Assembly: GCA_036867785.1 (NCBI GenBank)
Contig: CP145426.1
Location: 372,001 to 436,000, forward strand
Direction of reading: 5' to 3'
Length of the DNA stretch: 64,000 bases
Source: Plasmodiophora brassicae
Lineage: Eukaryota
The notes beneath the pieces are model-generated. The model worked only from the letters and a program-made list of their open reading frames with translations, made no database searches and was not told the DNA's origin. Positions 8,808 to 21,028 of the stretch are shown in pieces. The stretch's first letter is position 1, and each line of letters opens with the position of its first letter. Both the position numbers and the translations under genes were made by a program.

Positions 8808-9546
8808 CAACCCATACGCCATGGCGCTGGCCGATTGCCCGGCACGGTGCTTCTGCGTGGACCTTTCACTGGTTCAGCGCCATGGAACGGGTGCGAACAG
8901 GTGCAACGACGACCTTAGTCGGCATCGTTCCGGGTGGTACGCTGACGCGAACAGGTCCGGGTGCCGTTCCCGGATCCGTCGTCCGAGTTCGAATTGTTCG
9001 TGCAGGCCGGCGACGGTGAGATGCCCGGCCAGCGCGTCGTCGAACGGGTCGTCGGGCATCCACGATCGCGACCCAAGCAATTGCTGCACGCGCTGGCGGA
9101 CGTCGCGGTACAGCCGTAGCTTCGATCGGGTCGGGTATCGCGACCCGTGACGAACGACCATGCTGATCTGGCGCAGGCGGCACTCGCCGACGACGCCGGG
9201 CGCCGGCGAGTGCCGCCACCGGTCGCCGTACGGCGTGCTCGACGACAGGTGCTGCCGAATATCGAACGACGCGTCGACGACGCCGACCCAGATCAGCGCC
9301 ATCATCGCCGCCGCAACCGCCATCCGACGGCCGCGACACAAAATCCGAATGGCCAACGTTGCGCGACTGCGCGCGCCACGTGCCGGTAACTCGTTCCCCG
9401 ATTCTGCGCGCGACTGCCGTGACTGGGACACGCAATCTCGACCCGTACGCGGCTACGTCGCGCGGCGAATGTTGCGTGACTGTGCGTCCCGTCTCCCGCT
9501 ACGCGACACCGCGCGACTGGTGATCTGACACGAGGGTACACATGAC

Positions 9547-9600
9547 GCCGTGCCGAGGCTACGCGGACTGCCGTGCCGAGGCTGCGTGGACTGCCGTGCC
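9547..9600. repeat. 23-bp tandem repeat (~2.3 copies) in a divergent intergenic region
   Basis: gccgtgccgaggctacgcggact / gccgtgccgaggctgcgtggact / gccgtgcc. Confidence 0.75.
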
Positions 9601-9821
9601 GGTTTATGTCCCCAGAGCCACGGGCTCGCGGGCGAACCTGGCGGGGCGCTAAATCGGTCCGGCCCTGCTAATTCCGCGTCTGCCCTTGGCGGGCGGTCGA
9701 CGGGCGATCGAGGTGCTGGTGCCGAATCCGACCCAATACCTTTATAAGCAGCGTGCCTGCGTCTCTATTGGCAACGTTATTCCGCCGGCCACCACCGACA
9801 CCGTTGCCGCCGCCCTGATTC

Positions 9822-11357
9822 ATGATGCGGGTTATCGCGTCACCCGCCCTGCGCCTGTCCATCGCAAAAGTCGTGCTGACGACAGCCGTCTCCGTTCTCG
9901 GTGTCACACTGATCGCCGTCGGCGTCACCGTATCCATGCAGCCGTCGACGGAACAGCAGCAACAGCAACAACGACCTCTCGGTGCCGTCCACGACGGGCA
10001 CCGCCTGCCCGTGCCCGTTGCTGAGACGATCGCACAAGCCTCTGCGATCGCCCTCGGGGGCGGGGCTCTCGCTCTCTACGCCCATCGATCCCGCCCCCGA
10101 CACCGACCTACAATCCTTGAGTCGCCTTACCTGTCCAAGGAGTACGTAGTGCCTGCAGGCGTTGGCCTGGGCGCTGTCGTGCTGACCGCCGCTGGCGTGC
10201 ACCGCTATCGACGCCGGTATACACCACAGCAGAATCAACCGCCACCGCCGTCGCCCACACGGCAACAGGCCAGGCGATATCAGCGACGCGCGTACCCGTC
10301 GCCATCCCCCTTCGTGCCTCCTAGCCGTGTCGATACCCCTGTACCGGACGACGATGAAGACCCCGTCCCAGACGCGCCAGGTGGTCCCGCCTCTAATGGC
10401 GCCAACCGAGGCACGAGCGCGCGCGGGCGTGCCGGTGCAAACGACAATGGCCATCAACCGTCGTCAACGTCCTCTACTCATCGACGTGCATCCAGACCCA
10501 GCTCCAACGCCAGAGGATCCCGGTCGCATTCCAGTAGACCCAGGTCGCATGCCAACGGGCCCGAACCCGGTTCCAATGGACCTCAGCCCGACTCCAATGG
10601 GTCCACGTCCGACTCCAATGGCTTCACGCCTGAATCCAACGGGTCCACGCCTGAATCCAACGGGTCCACGCCTGAATCCAACGGGTCCGCGCCCGATCGC
10701 GACGGGTCAGAGCTGGAGGGGAGTCCCCTGGAGCTGAAGCTGGCTGAGTATAAAACGAGGGTGACGAAAGGAATCACTCTTCCGCACCTGGAAGCGCTGA
10801 TGGACGCTGGCGAGCGGGATCGCATACCCGTCAAAGCGTTGGCGCAGACGATCTCGGCACAATGGGAGGCATTGCACCCGAAACTCGAAGAACGCCTGAA
10901 CCTTGTGGCCGACAATAACAGGTTCATGCCTGTAACAGCGGATGACGTGAAGAAGGGCGACGATAACGTTAAAAAGCTTCGAAGGCGATGCCTACTCGTT
11001 CTGCACTCGGACAAGACTACCGGGCAGCACCTCGGCCATCAAATGCTTCGCAGAGGCCTGATGGAGTGTATCATCGCGTCCTGGGACGAATACAGTGCTT
11101 CCAAAGCGTCGTCCGCCTCGGAGAACCCCGTCGACGCTGTCATCCAGACAGCCGTTAACTTTGCCCATGCCGCCAAGGAGACGTTCACCAACAAGGCCGG
11201 GCAAGCGTTCACGAAGGGGGTCAGGAACCTGAGGAAATCATGGTTCGGCAACAAACGAAAGTCCAGAAGGGCGTCAGGCGCGACGACCGTAGCGGGCAAC
11301 GATAGCGCCAATATGAGGGCGATCGTGTACCGTCCCGGAGACGACACTGAACAATAA
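9822..11357 (+). CDS. Intronless membrane-anchored protein with PESNGST heptad repeats and a degenerate J-domain-like segment
   Basis: 511-aa ORF; three N-terminal hydrophobic segments; 21-bp repeats at ~10550-10690; VKKLRRRCLLVLHSDK. Confidence 0.65.
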   Translation: MMRVIASPALRLSIAKVVLTTAVSVLGVTLIAVGVTVSMQPSTEQQQQQQRPLGAVHDGHRLPVPVAETIAQASAIALGGGALALYAHRSRPRHRPTILESPYLSKEYVVPAGVGLGAVVLTAAGVHRYRRRYTPQQNQPPPPSPTRQQARRYQRRAYPSPSPFVPPSRVDTPVPDDDEDPVPDAPGGPASNGANRGTSARGRAGANDNGHQPSSTSSTHRRASRPSSNARGSRSHSSRPRSHANGPEPGSNGPQPDSNGSTSDSNGFTPESNGSTPESNGSTPESNGSAPDRDGSELEGSPLELKLAEYKTRVTKGITLPHLEALMDAGERDRIPVKALAQTISAQWEALHPKLEERLNLVADNNRFMPVTADDVKKGDDNVKKLRRRCLLVLHSDKTTGQHLGHQMLRRGLMECIIASWDEYSASKASSASENPVDAVIQTAVNFAHAAKETFTNKAGQAFTKGVRNLRKSWFGNKRKSRRASGATTVAGNDSANMRAIVYRPGDDTEQ

Positions 11358-11387
11358 ACGGGCGGATCGCTCCCCGGGTACTGATCA

Positions 11388-12827
11388 ATGTCAAGGCGTA
11401 AGGCGGGACGCGAGAACCCTGGTGGCGATGGGGGTGCTGCTGACCTGAGTCCGACGAAACGGGCGACCGGCGAGACGGCGTCGATGATCGCCGCCCGGGA
11501 ACTCCTTCTGATCCCTGTCGCACAGTCATTGTCGTCGTCGCCGAAGAAGGCGGCGCCGCGTGCGCCTAGTCAGATCCGGTACCGTACCGCGTTCCACACG
11601 ACGATCGGCGATGTGCTGAGGGCGCGCGGGTGGAAGGAGACGGACAGCGACTTGGACTGGGACATCTTCTGGGCCGACGCGACCTGGATTCGCGACGTGT
11701 ACGACCACGTGCACCTGGAGACGCACCAGCGCGTGAACCACTTCCGCAACCATTACGAGCTGACGCGAAAGGATCTGCTCGTGAAGAACCTGAAGCGGGC
11801 GCGGCGCCTGCTGCTGAAGCACGGGAACAGCGACGAGGCCGCCAAGTACGACTTCTCGCCAACCACGTTCAACCTACCCGCCGAGTACTCGCTGTTCGTC
11901 GAGGAGTTCAAGAAGAACCCGACGACCAGCTGGATCATGAAGCCCATCGCGAAGTCGCAGGGCAAGGGCATCTTCCTGTTCCAGAAGCTGAGCGAGATCA
12001 GCGACTGGCGCAACCGGCATCGATCGTTCTCCAAGCAGCAAGACCCGGACAATGGGTCCTCCTCGAACAACACCCTCGTTGCTGAATCCTACGTCGTCCA
12101 GCAGTACATCTCGAACCCCTACCTTGTCGGCGGTAAGAAGTTCGACATGCGTGTCTACGTCCTCGTCACCAGCTACTCGCCGTTAACGATCTACGCGTAC
12201 CGGAGCGGGTTCGCCCGCTTTTCGACGTCCCGATTCTCGATGTCGAACTCGGACCTGACCGACCACCACATCCACCTGACGAACGTCGCGATACAAAAGT
12301 CGGCGCCAAAGTACGACCCGTCCAACGGTGGGAAATGGTCGCTGCGAAACTTGAAGTTGTATATGGTCGCGAAATGCGGCGAGGCGCGCGCCAACCAGCT
12401 CTTCAACGACATGCAGTTGGCGATCATCCGGTCGCTGATCGCCGTCCGGAAGGTGATGATCAACGACAAGCACAGTTTTGAGCTGTACGGGTACGACCTG
12501 CTGTTCGACACGAGCCTGAAGGTGTGGCTGCTGGAGGTGAACGCGTACCCGTCGTTGTCAGCGAACACGCCCAGCGACTACAAACTGAAGTGCGACCTGC
12601 TCGACGACGTCCTCCATGTCGTCGACGTCGAGAACAGGCTGTCGGGCGACGAGGTCCAGGTCGGCGGGTTCGACCTGATCTACAGGAACGGGCTGATCCG
12701 GAACGACAAGGCGTGCGCGATCCAGTCGTACCTCGGGTGCCACAACAACCGAGTCGAACAGCTGGCCGCCATGGAGAAGCAACGACAGGCGACTAAGAAG
12801 GCGACCCTAGCTGCCACAGCGCGATAG
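11388..12827 (+). CDS. TTLL9: Tubulin polyglutamylase (TTL family), TTLL9-like
   Basis: VNHFRNHYELTRKDLLVKNLKR, WIMKPIAKSQGKGIFL, YLVGGKKFDMRVYVLVTSY, HLTNVAIQK, FELYGYD, WLLEVNAYPSL. Confidence 0.88.
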   Translation: MSRRKAGRENPGGDGGAADLSPTKRATGETASMIAARELLLIPVAQSLSSSPKKAAPRAPSQIRYRTAFHTTIGDVLRARGWKETDSDLDWDIFWADATWIRDVYDHVHLETHQRVNHFRNHYELTRKDLLVKNLKRARRLLLKHGNSDEAAKYDFSPTTFNLPAEYSLFVEEFKKNPTTSWIMKPIAKSQGKGIFLFQKLSEISDWRNRHRSFSKQQDPDNGSSSNNTLVAESYVVQQYISNPYLVGGKKFDMRVYVLVTSYSPLTIYAYRSGFARFSTSRFSMSNSDLTDHHIHLTNVAIQKSAPKYDPSNGGKWSLRNLKLYMVAKCGEARANQLFNDMQLAIIRSLIAVRKVMINDKHSFELYGYDLLFDTSLKVWLLEVNAYPSLSANTPSDYKLKCDLLDDVLHVVDVENRLSGDEVQVGGFDLIYRNGLIRNDKACAIQSYLGCHNNRVEQLAAMEKQRQATKKATLAATAR

Positions 12828-12948
12828 TACACGACTGTGGGACTGTACGTGCTTGGTGCAGTCGCGGAGTGCGAGAGACAAGACAGACGGGGGCCCGTGG
12901 GTGATGTATTGCGTAGGTACAGCAGGACCGGGACAAGCCGGTCGTTGG

Positions 12949-14104
<1,156 letters not shown>

Positions 14105-15452
14105 GTCCGGTGCTGGTTCCCGGTGTGGGCGGAAGCCAGTGTGGGGCGCTGGCAAACGCAACGGTGCGACGATGACCGCAGACGGTGACGTCAAGTCCGC
14201 CACGGACTGCGCCACGGACTTCCCCAGTTGTGCGCGCAGAGACCCGCGCGACTTCCTGCGTTCACCGTTGTAAAGAAGTCCCGAGACTTAACTCGCGACA
14301 GCATACCCAGCGGCCTCACGCTAAGCGCTTCGGGTCCACTTACACGTATTGCAGTAACCCAGCATGATCGTAGCCGGTCCAGACAGGCACTCGGGAACGA
14401 TGACGGAACAGGATAGTCCATCTGAGGACTGCCACGTACCTGCGCCCTCTCTGTCCAGGTGGCGCTACCCCCGACTCCACTTGTGCCTGTATAGAAACGA
14501 TGATTGCAGAAGGCGCACTGAAGGACGCTGAGCTGGTTAACAGAAACCACTTATTGGTGAGGGACGTAACCGAACCGGACTGGGACTGCGTCTGGTTCAC
14601 CTCGATCGAGCAGCGACGGTTCACGCATTGAGTGTTTGCTGTGTTGGCTGGCAGAAACGTACCGTTGGAATGGAAACGAGTTCGGTTTGTCCACTTCACT
14701 GTTTACTTTCACGAGCGTCTCATGTCGAGCAGTAACCAACTGAACCTTATTCGAATGTTTGCCGAAACCTGCCCAGGTCGGGGCCCGTAAGTCATGGCTC
14801 CTTCCCAGGCTTGGACGCCTGCATGTCTATCGCTGATCAGCATGTCGTCGGTCGCCAAGCTCACACCGGCGCGTAATCGGTTTAGTTGCTCTTGTGCTTG
14901 AAAATGTTCGGCGCTGAATCTAAAATCGCGTATCATCCCAATTCTACCTGCGTGCGCGCGCTGGGCTTCCGCCCAGTCGTCGACGTCGCCGAACCAGTAT
15001 ACGGCGAGTGTATACAGAGGTTATCGCAGGATATCCTTAGCGTATCAGAAGATAAAGGAAAACAACTGTACTTGGGCATGGTCCCAACGAGAGGCTTATG
15101 TGGTCCAGGGTTGAGATCGTGGCTTGCATGCTGGTCGTTCTCAGGCTAATTAAAGAATCAGGAACGAAAGGCCAGCTGCAACAAAGTGTCTTCGTGACTG
15201 GCCCGGCAGTGCTGCAAGTGAATCATATCGATGCCGTTTGCAGCGTTGCAACGCTTCCCGCTGGCACGTCGGCTCGTTGCCGACGACGACGGAACCCTTG
15301 GATCTATAAGTAGACTGCAATTGTGGTCAGGCGCAGTTCTGGGAAGTGTGGACTGGCGGCAGGCGCAGAGCCGCGCTGGCGGAGTCCGCGGGCGCGCACC
15401 GGCCGGCCGGTCTCAGCCTGATATTTGCCGTGAACCAGAGCAGCGATTGGCA

Positions 15453-17072
15453 ATGACAGACGGCGGGCGTTACCCAAGTGTCGTTCTGATGTGCATCCTC
15501 CTGACCCTTGGCGTCAGTTACGCGATCCCCGCTGTGCTGTACGATAATGTAAGTCACTCGCGTCGATCGTCGATATTGATCACTGGTTCGGCACTGATTA
15601 CTACCAACTAGGTACTGCCACAGGGCGGCAGTATCAGTGGCTGGGTTCGCGATAACCTCCCAAGCCTCGCTGATCGAATGCGTGTGCTTGAAGCCGCACA
15701 GTTCCTTCAGATGTGCGACCTCGAGCAGTGCATCGCCTCCATGGAGTACACGAGTGCGGACATTGCTTGGATCCTGCGCGAGACCCATTTGGCCGAGACG
15801 ACATTGGAACGCATTGTGGAGGGAACCCCAGCCTACAGGATGCTGCGTGATGCCGATGTGAAGCAAGACGGCATCCAGCAAAAGGAAGCCATCGTGGAAG
15901 AGATTCGGACGCTCCTTATCACCGGATATGGCGATATCGACTTAGTGAACAACGGATGCTTTGATAGGAACTTCAACGTGTTGCACTGGGCCACTTTCCG
16001 CAACCGTCCCGAGGTTGTCGAGCTGTTACTCAGTATCCCCGGCGTGGTCGTCACCGACTGGCCCAAACCCAACGGACATGGCTTTGTATCACCGCTACAG
16101 CACGCTGAATTACATGGGTTTACTCGTCTTGTCGAGCTCCTGCTACGGTTCCCAGATATCGCTGTCGACGCAGGCGCCGGCACACCATGGGGCACGACCC
16201 TTCATCTGGCCGCGGGCAAGTTCAGCCACGAAGACGGATCGGATGGCACCCGGATCGTGGAGTTACTGATTGGCCATGGGGCAAACGTCAGCGCGCTTGA
16301 CGCGCGTGGCAGTACCCCACTACACGCTGCGGCAGAGTTCGGCCGGACGGATATTGTCGAGGTGCTACTCGACAACGGCGCCGATATCAATCACCAGGAC
16401 AGCCGAGACGGCCGAACGCCGTTGCATGAGGCCGTGGCCTGGGGACAGGAGGCTTGCGTTGACATGCTGATTCGTAATGACATGGTCGACACCAGTCTGA
16501 AGGACCAAGGGGTCGGACGGCATTTGACCTTGGCCGACGACCAGGCGTCGTGGACCTGGATGCGACGACCCCCAACTGATCATCTGCTTGCATGGCTCGA
16601 CACATGTCCATACAGAATGCCCTCCACCATGCAACCACATCCATTGCGATTCATTTCGTTGAGGAAGCTAACCTTGCGGATGGACGCTTCCGATTTCGCC
16701 ATCGGCCTGGTAGCGTCGCAGCATCGGGCCAGCGGTCTGATGCGTCCTGCTGCCTTCCCTTGCAGTCAGCTGTCACCCGCCGACATCATCTGCGAAACGC
16801 ACAACAAGGAGCTGTGCGCGACCATCGAGGCGTCCGTACGCCGGCGCCAATGCCAGCTGAAGGGCTACGCGCCGACCTACCGTAACCTTGCAGTACGATT
16901 CAAGTTCGAAAGTGCTGGATCCTCGACAAGCGCGCGCTCGTCGATGACCCTTGTCGAGTACGACCCCCGCGTCGCTGCCGCATTGGACGCTGCCGTCAAA
17001 GCATTCGATAACGAAGTCGCGTTGGAGACGCCCCTGGTATGGTGTGTATATGGGCGGAGCACGTCAGTTTGA
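15453..17072 (+). CDS. Signal-peptide, truncated Skp1-like + ankyrin-repeat protein whose ORF reads on into a Gypsy RNase H relic
   Basis: Exon 1 MTDGGRYPSVVLMCILLTLGVSYA (15453-15548), intron gtaagt..ag, RVLEAAQFLQM, and ankyrin repeats (GSTPLHAAA, GRTPLHEAV). Confidence 0.8.
16674..16865 (+). mobile_element. Degenerate Ty3/Gypsy RT-RNaseH fragment
   Basis: MDASDFAIGLVASQ...RPAAFPCSQLSPADIICETHNKELCATIEA matches the TDASDFAIGAVLSQ...PVAY.S.KL..AE.NY..HDKELLAI pattern. Confidence 0.8.
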
Positions 17073-18052
17073 CATCAGCGATGAGTGGCGACGTTCGACG
17101 TGGGCGTAGGTAATGTCGTTACGGCAGAAGACCTCGGTGAAGAACCCCCCGCTTTGCAGCCCGAACGACACGGTGCCGAACACTGTCGACCATGCAGTGA
17201 CTAGGCGTATCATCACTGTGCCGGACGATACGAAACGTTGCTTACTCAGCATTGCACCCAGGAAGGTGATGATTAAATTCTCGGTGGTCTGCCCCCGATG
17301 GACGCCGATGATGATCGGCGGGATGCTGTTCGCGACGGCGACGATGACGATCTCGAAGACGATCGTCTTGACGCCGATTCTCCAGTCGCGAACCGTCAGC
17401 GCCAGGCCGGTCATGGTCAGGAACAGGACGCCAATGATGATGCGTAACCACAGCAAGGACTTGACCATGGACAGCAACTCGATCTGCTCCCTGTCGGTAC
17501 GTGCACCCGACGACGGTGCATCGGCGTTCTCGTTGCTGTTCATGCCCGACAGCTCCATCAGCACGTTGCTATGCGACAATCGGATGATTCAGGGCGTTGG
17601 CGAACAGCGAACGCGCTCGGCGATCCTCACAAGATGAAGAAGACGAGGAAGGCAATCATGAACGCATTGGCGGCGTCCTTGAATGGCGTCCTGCGGTTGT
17701 AGGCGAGTACGATGGTCGGGACGGCGGTGCACGCGCCGACGATCACACATTCCGACAGGAAGTACTTTGGGTTTCCGCAGACGAACGACGTGTCCGCGTT
17801 GATGAATGCGAACAGCAGCAGGACGACGATCATGGACGCCTTGCCTGTCAGGACGCCGTACTCGAACAGCCGGTTCGGCCGGATATCCTGCATCTTCCTC
17901 GTGACGTTCTGGACCGTGCCTTGCATGACGTCCGCGATGGCGTCCGACGGCTTCGCCAGGTGGTGCCTGAGGGCGACCGGGACCGATGCCGTCAGCTGTG
18001 TGTCGCGCCCGCCCTGGAACACCAGGGCCTCATTGTCATCCGACGACGACAT
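17064..18052 (-). CDS. Polytopic membrane protein of unknown function, paralog A (spliced)
   Basis: Hydrophobic ORF segments 17627-18052 and 17064-17579, highly similar to 19926-20888. Confidence 0.75.
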
Positions 18053-18675
18053 CCTCTATCCGTTTTCGCTTAACGATCGGCGACGTGTACCTCCACATGC
18101 AGTCCAGACCGGTGCCAATGTCTACAGCTGGCGACTGAGTCATGTGCCGTTTGTTGCCCCGGCGCGACGCTTCACCACGTAAGCGACTGGTGATCAATGG
18201 TGCTCATCATTGCTAAAGTAACGGCGCCAAAGCCCTCCAGGCGACCTGTGTAGTGCAGTAGGTACTCAAGTTCCGGTAACAGAAGGTACTGACGCCTATC
18301 AATTAGCGCCAAGTTGGCACGACCGAAGATGTTGAAGGCTGTCGTCATCCGCGAGGGTGCAGGCCGCCGCCGAGGTCTCCAAGGTGTACGGGGTACCACA
18401 GGCCAGTATTCGCGAGACCCGGCCATAGTTAACAGGCGTCTGCGACGCAGCCGCTCTACCCTGATCCGACAAGCGCTGGCGATCCCCGGGTCTTCATCAG
18501 GCCTGAACTTTTAAGCACACTGTATCAATATCGGGCAATCAAATTGGTCGCAGCTTCTGTTGGCCGGTTAAATTTCGGCCTGCGAACATGGTCTGACGTC
18601 GTGGACGAGCAACGGAGCCGATGGGCCACCTTGGTCGTCAGCATACGCGCCAGTGGTCGACCTGTTCGTGGCCCG

Positions 18676-19226
18676 CCATGCCCAGAGTGCCGATTGCCTT
18701 GTAAACAATAATTAGAAGGGCAGACGTGACCTGAATAACGCGCGATGCGACAAGACGCGAGCCCTTGTCCAAGAAGTCGGCCGCGTTGAGCACAAGCATG
18801 ATGCCCACGGCGAGAGCAAGAGCGCCAACCACTGGCCAGCATTCCTCATCACCGGCTGCCATCCTGATGGTACCGGACCATACGAAACCGTCGGACGTAC
18901 GTGCTGGTAGCATGGACGCCACAACCGTCGCGACATCAGGGCGGAAGGACTTGGCGACCCCGATCGTCACGACGCGTGTGGCGTCCATGCTACCAGCACG
19001 TACGTCCGACGGTTTCGTATGGTCCGGTACCATCAGAATGGCAGCCGGTGATCAGGAACGCTGGCCAGTGATTGGCGCTCTTATTCTCGCCGTGGTCGTC
19101 ATGCTTGTGCTCAACGTGGCCGACTTCTTGGACAAGGGCGCGCGTCTTGTCGCATCGCGTGCTGTTCTGGTCATGTCTGCTCGTCTAATTGTTTACAAGG
19201 CAATCGGCACTCTACACCGGGCATGG
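18676..19226. repeat. Long imperfect inverted repeat (~240-bp arms, ~53-nt loop), plus a third partial copy at ~19233-19365
   Basis: 18684-18923 is the reverse complement of 18977-19213, e.g. ccggaccatacgaaaccgtcggacgtacgtgctggtagcatggacgccaca versus its complement. Confidence 0.9.
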
Positions 19227-19925
19227 GGGTCTTGTCGGCCGCGTTGAGGACAAGCATGAGGACCTCGGCGACAGCAAGAGCGCCAACCACTGGCCAGCAG
19301 TCCTCATCACCGGCTGTCGTCCTGATCGTATCGGGCGTCCATACGGAACGTTTGGACGTACGTCGCGACGTGAGGACGGAACGCGGCGACGACGAGGACG
19401 CCGCCATCGAAGTTCGACCCCCTCTACTAATTGGCGACTGACAGTCCACAGTGGAGGGGACCCAGGCCGCCACCAGTGTAGAGAAACGTTGCGGGCTCCC
19501 TATTCCGCCCGGCCCGTCTCGTTCCCATTCAGAATCGGCGGGCGTGACCACCCTTTAGGCCTGATGGCATGATGAAACAGGGCACCGTGTTCCCGTTCCG
19601 CCTGCTCACCATTCCACAGAACGTGAGGACTGACGTAGCATGGCTGTGCAGCAGCAGCAGCAGCAGCAGCAGCTGGGCGCGGCTCCAACAGGACGATGAA
19701 CATGACAGTTTGAACATCGGGCAGCGGGACGCCCGGTCACTGACCGAACTCAACGCGGAACGACACCAGGAGACGAATTGCACATCTCCCCCAATACATG
19801 TACTACTCTGACGTGAATACCCCATCGGGAATCTTCCCTAACGATCCACAACGTGTACACTGGCTATAAGGTCTGCCTCGCTCCACTGCACTGTGTTCCG
19901 ATTGCTTGCCGACGCCCGCGACGGT

Positions 19926-20888
19926 TCAACACGTATCGTTGCTGGGGTGCTCAATGGCGTTCATCATTGACATAGATAACGCTTTTGCAGAAGACGTTTG
20001 TGAAGAACCCGCCGCTCTGCAGGCCGAACGCCAGGGTGCCGAACACTGTCGCCGAGCAATCAGGGCACACAGAGCACGCGACAGCAACAAGGCATTGATC
20101 CTACGTAGCAGAGAGCCGACGAAGGTCGTGACCAGGTTGGCGGTGTCTTGCCCCCGGTGGATGCCGATGATGATGGGCGGGACGCTGTTGGACACGCCCA
20201 CGACAACCATCTCGACGACGATGGTCTTGAACCCGATCTTCCAGTCGCGGACGGTCAGCGCCAGCCCCGTCATGACGAGGAACAGGACGCCGATGATGAT
20301 GCGCAGCCACAGCAGCGACTTCACCATCGAGATCATCTCGATCTGCTGCGCGTCCGCTCGCTGCCCTGGGGCCGAGGCGTCCGCGTTCTCGTTGCTGTTC
20401 ATCCCCGAGAACTCCATCAGGACGTTGCTGATCGGACGCAATCTGGTCAGTAGCAGGTTCTGTCTGGCACTGTCGCGAACACCTCACAAGATGAAGAACA
20501 CAAGGAATGCGATCATGAACGCGTTGGAAGTGTCCTTGACGGGCGTCTTGCGGTTGTACGCCAGCACGATGGTCGGGATCGCGGTACAGCCGCCGACGAT
20601 GATGCACTCGGAGATGAAGAACTTTGGGTTGTAGCAGACGAACGACGTGTCGGAGTTGATGATCGCGAACAGCAACAGGACGAGGATCATGGACGCCTTG
20701 CCGGCCAGGACGCCGTACTCGAACAGATGGTTCGGCCTGATGTCCTGCATGCGCCGGGCGACGTTCTGCACCTTGTCCTGCATGGCCTCCGACGCGCTTG
20801 CCAGGTGCTCCCGGATCGCAACCGGCGACTGGCTGCGATTAGGTTGGACGACGAGAGCGCCCTGACCCTGCGAAGGTGAAGATTCCAT
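19926..20888 (-). CDS. Polytopic membrane protein of unknown function, paralog B (spliced)
   Basis: IRPNHLFEYGVLAGKASMILVLLLFAIINSDTSFVCYNPKFFISEC...; same intron positions as paralog A. Confidence 0.75.
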
Positions 20889-21028
20889 TTCGTGAGTACC
20901 TCGTCCCCCGCCTAACGATCGACCTCACGGTACGCACGCGTCACGTTAGGTCGGCGGTGGCACCTGACGTTACGCCCGACCGGGGAACTCTGGGCCTGCA
21001 CTGGCAAGGCCAGGTGCAGAGAGTGCTA

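Larger units (their letters stand above)
2775..9323 (-). pseudogene. MINPP1: MINPP1-like histidine acid phosphatase (multiple inositol-polyphosphate phosphatase/phytase), interrupted in an exon by the LTR element
   Basis: 5' part (9323-8808): signal peptide, RHGSRYP, STQKHRAGQSASAMAYGL. 3' part (3769-2775): WHGAGNV..., GHAESLLP, VPYSANL, VQLLHNE. Removing the element and one TSD copy restores the frame (YGL|WHG). Confidence 0.85.

Noticed and set aside
9547-9600. CRISPR-like repeats
   Set aside because: The units are contiguous with no spacers, there are no cas genes, and the context is eukaryotic.
14220-15350. Possible gene or element in the region upstream of PRMT1
   Set aside because: Only short ORFs; I could not recognise motifs or terminal repeats.
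16922-16958. Small hairpin CTCGACAAG...CTTGTCGAG as a terminator
   Set aside because: It has no U-tract and the genome is eukaryotic; a 9-bp stem can occur by chance.
19648-19673. (CAG)n microsatellite
   Set aside because: An ordinary short simple repeat with no supported gene context.
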